A stretch of DNA of 64,000 bases from NCBI GenBank assembly GCA_043228905.1, contig JBHGNT010000004.1:7316001-7380000 (forward strand), written 5' to 3'. Shown here in pieces: positions 61,220 through 64,000 of this stretch. The stretch comes from Azolla caroliniana (Eukaryota; Plantae; Polypodiophyta). A program made the position numbers and the translations under genes. Below the pieces are notes generated by a model. It did no database searches. It was not told the origin of the DNA and was given only the letters and a program-made list of their open reading frames with translations. Each line of letters opens with the position of its first letter. Within the stretch, counting starts at the first letter, position 1.

Positions 61220-61921
61220 CTTGTGTCGTACCTTTCGGCTCCGGATCATTCCGTGAGTCGGGTGGGAACCACTGAGGTTTTGGACTAGGAGAAAGAAGAA
61301 TACAAGATAAGGCTAGTTATGAATAGGTAGAAAGAGAAGTAAGAAATAAATCTTGTGAATCCCACGTGTTTAGTGTATTTAATCAATATTTAGATTGATC
61401 AATCCTTGTAAAAATAATCAACCAACCATACATCTTTCTCTCCCCCTTATATAAGGATGGAAGAGGCTAAGCATAGCTTCATGCCTTTCCTAAAGTGTTC
61501 ATGCACACTAAATGTGCATGAGTTGCTTTTTACACTATGCTTTTATTTCCTAAATATAGTGCTCATGCTCGCTAGATGTGCACGAGTAATTTTTTATTGG
61601 TGTATATTTTTCTTATAAATAAAGTATTCATGCATTCTAAAAATGCATGACGTACCTTTTAATAAAGGTAGGCGTAAATAAAGGTCTTATACGTATTACT
61701 ATCAGAATTCACGACCACATTCTCACAAAAATGTGAGGATGGCCACCAAGATCCTCTCCCCGAAAAGGACAACATTCGATATAGAAATAACGTAATAACT
61801 AATATACACATGTATATTTATCACATATATACGATCAAATACGTATACATGTGACCACATATGCATATATTAAAAAAAATCGTAACATCAAATAGCCAAT
61901 AATGATGTAATCGAGATACGT

Positions 61922-62180
61922 AATCGAGGCATATAGCCTCCATGCACACGAAACATCAAAAAATAAGGGTAATCGTAATACGAAATTGAGGTATTAACCT
62001 CTTATGCATACAACACCAAACGCATATCATTTACATAGGAATTGAGGTATTGACCTCATACGCATATATAACATTTGTATGTGAACGTAATACACAATTG
62101 AGGTATTAACCTCGTACGCATACGACATGAATCACATATCAAATATATGTCAAATGAGGTATTGATCTCATAAACATATG
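61922..62180. repeat. About 56-bp-period hairpin array in the Gypsy-A leader
   Basis: aattgaggtattaacctc-like cores at 61922, 61984, 62040, 62096 and 62152. Confidence 0.8.
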
Positions 62181-62800
62181 AATACGTTTTATACAACCAA
62201 TTTGTTACCACTAAAACATCATTGAATCAATAAAGAAAAAACATATTGACTATACATGATTAGATTGGGAGAAGAAAAAATAGAAAAAAAAACAAGAAAG
62301 AGTTACCGAAGTTCCTTTATTGATCGCAATCTGGATCAAGGTCGACCGCACATCGATCGATCACCATCCATCAAGAAGACAACAAAAACCAACAAAAGAA
62401 ACATTAGAAACACAAGCTCTGCTACCAACAGTTAGAGCCATGATCTAATGTAAGCATATGATAAGGATATAATATATATGAAATAAGAAAGGCGAGAGAG
62501 AAATAAGGGTGCTGAACCACCCGACTACCCCCGAGCGAAGGGATTGAGATGAACTCGAGCCTCGATCAGCGTCCCATACTACCGCCGTGGAGTCGACTCG
62601 TACCTGGTGCTGGCGCGCTCGCTACAAGAGTTGACCCACTACGAAACAGAGTCTCGACGTAATCAAGAGATGATGACCCAAGGCCCCTAGGCAAGTTCAC
62701 ACTTGGCCTAATGGGTTGTCTCAATCCAGAGGATTAAAAGTAATCCTCCCGTTTTTTACACTCTCATTTAACCCTTACACTTATCCACTTGTATAGAAGA

Positions 62801-64000
62801 TGTGAAATGTTACGTACGCAAACTATAGGAGACACATAATACCGATAGAGAAAAAAACAGGTTTAATGGAGAGCTTGAGACTTGACGTACACGGGAGAGA
62901 CAGATAGAGGATTAACACAAAGAAAAACTGAATTCAAAATAATGTGTAAAACTCTGTACATAGGATGTGCTCAGAGAGCGCTTTTATATAAGTCCATACG
63001 GACTGACAAAAGTACTGACATGTACTTCAATGCTCATAACTAAGCTCCTACACTAACTCCAAAATATATTCCCTCGCAGAATATCTATTCCACGGCCTCC
63101 CAATTTCCGCACCGATTCGGCCTCTTGTTGCGCACCAGTTTACGCACCGATCCGGCCAATGTTGAGCTTGTATCTTAACACTCCCCCTTAAGCTCAACTT
63201 AAGGATCTTCCGAACCTTCGCTCCGGTTTCTCTTGACTTCACGCCCCGTTCGCGCTCCTCGACCCGTTCAATTCTACGCGCCTCAACCCTTACGGTCGGC
63301 TTGTCTGCTCGTGCAGCCTTTTCCCTTGTTGTCACGGTGTTGACACGTCTTCTGCTGCCCTTTCTTCCGCTTGGCCTTTAGTTGATTTGGTGTCTCCGAA
63401 TCAAACATCTGAGCCGAATTGGCTGCCTCCGATTCGTCTCCGCTTTTGTCCAAATTGGTTGTCTCCAATTTGTCCCCAATCTTGGCCTTCTCGCCCTTGT
63501 TGGCTTCATCTCCCCCATGTTTGGCTGGCTTCGGCTCTTTCTTTTGGTTGTCGCCCTCTCGTCCACTTCCGAACTCTTCCACGGATCCGCCTTCGGCTTC
63601 TTCAACCGACACTAAATCGAATTTGTCATCCGATTTGGTGTCGCGGTCACTTCCGCTCCTTTCCTGCTCCTTTCCATGGTCTTGCAGGACTTTTCTGCCC
63701 CTCAAGTTCGGCACGTCGAGGTGCCGCAACCCAAGCCCACCCGAGAATAGCCGCAACTTGTCCAGACCAAGGGGCTTGGTAAAAATGTCAGCGTTCTGCT
63801 GATCCGTCGAAACATACTGAAGTTCGACTTCACCAGAGAGGACACGCTCACATGCAAAGTGGTAGTGGACCTCATAGTGCTTAGTGTGGGCATGGAAGAC
63901 GGGGTTCTTCACAAGTTGGATGCTGCTGAGGTTGTCGTAGTAGATCGTTGTTGGACCGGACACCTCCACTTGCAGATCCTTAAGTAGCCACTTCAGCCAT
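62801..64000 (-). mobile_element. Copia-6 (related to Copia-4), inserted in the Gypsy-A 5' LTR; cut by the window end
   Basis: 3' LTR 62801-63180; PPT from 63181; RNase H end (DNLSSIQL..PVFHAHTKH..ADIFTKPL) in ORF 63283-63969. Confidence 0.9.

Larger units (their letters stand above)
43721..61716 (-). mobile_element. Gypsy-C, LPQG-type non-chromovirus with composite LTR structure, inserted in the Gypsy-A leader
   Basis: Matching LTRs 43721-44265 and 61224-about 61716; a second, different U3 at 44384-44596 next to the PPT (44597-44608); PBS 61204-61219; degenerate TSD tacgt/cacat. Confidence 0.8.
14295..62800 (-). mobile_element. Gypsy-A chromovirus, the outer host element (split by nested insertions; 5' LTR continues past the window)
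   Basis: 3' LTR 14295-14534 + 31457-31670; PPT 31671-31685; gag-pol about 31690-35963; leader in pieces 35964-36593, 43610-43720, 61716-62415; PBS tggtagcagagc (Met-like, one mismatch) 62416-62427; 5' LTR from about 62430, interrupted at 62801. Confidence 0.85.

Noticed and set aside
61922-62180. CRISPR-like repeat-spacer array
   Set aside because: Eukaryotic retrotransposon leader, degenerate repeats, alternate spacers related to each other, and no cas genes.

Overview
Plant nuclear DNA, probably a fern or other non-seed plant (inferred from a Tcn1-like chromovirus and a PLS-class PPR fragment). Only one host gene is present: the first three coding exons of an adenosine-deaminase-like gene (ADAL/MAPDA, minus strand, 974-1491). 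From about 1.6 kb onward the window is a nest of transposons that can be unpicked almost base by base using LTR ends, PBS/PPT and target-site duplications (TSDs). It holds an L1 LINE remnant and a chromovirus ('Gypsy-A', 14295 to past 62800) whose 3' end is also duplicated at 2382-3985. It also holds four Tork/Tnt1-like Copia elements plus solo or partial LTRs, two Ale-like Copia elements, and a hAT transposon carrying a PPR gene fragment. Three further Gypsy elements are a young intact 7.0-kb element with identical LTRs and a second, archaeal-type RNase H; an unusual LPQG-type element with a tRNA-Trp PBS; and a Tcn1/PEG10-like chromovirus. The most interesting non-coding signals are tRNA-like Pol III A/B boxes built into LTR ends, a self-priming PBS, a -1 frameshift heptamer with a probable pseudoknot, an inverted repeat that loops out the PPT in four unrelated families, and a U3 module shared between Copia and Gypsy LTRs. 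All comparisons were done by eye and no database searches were run.
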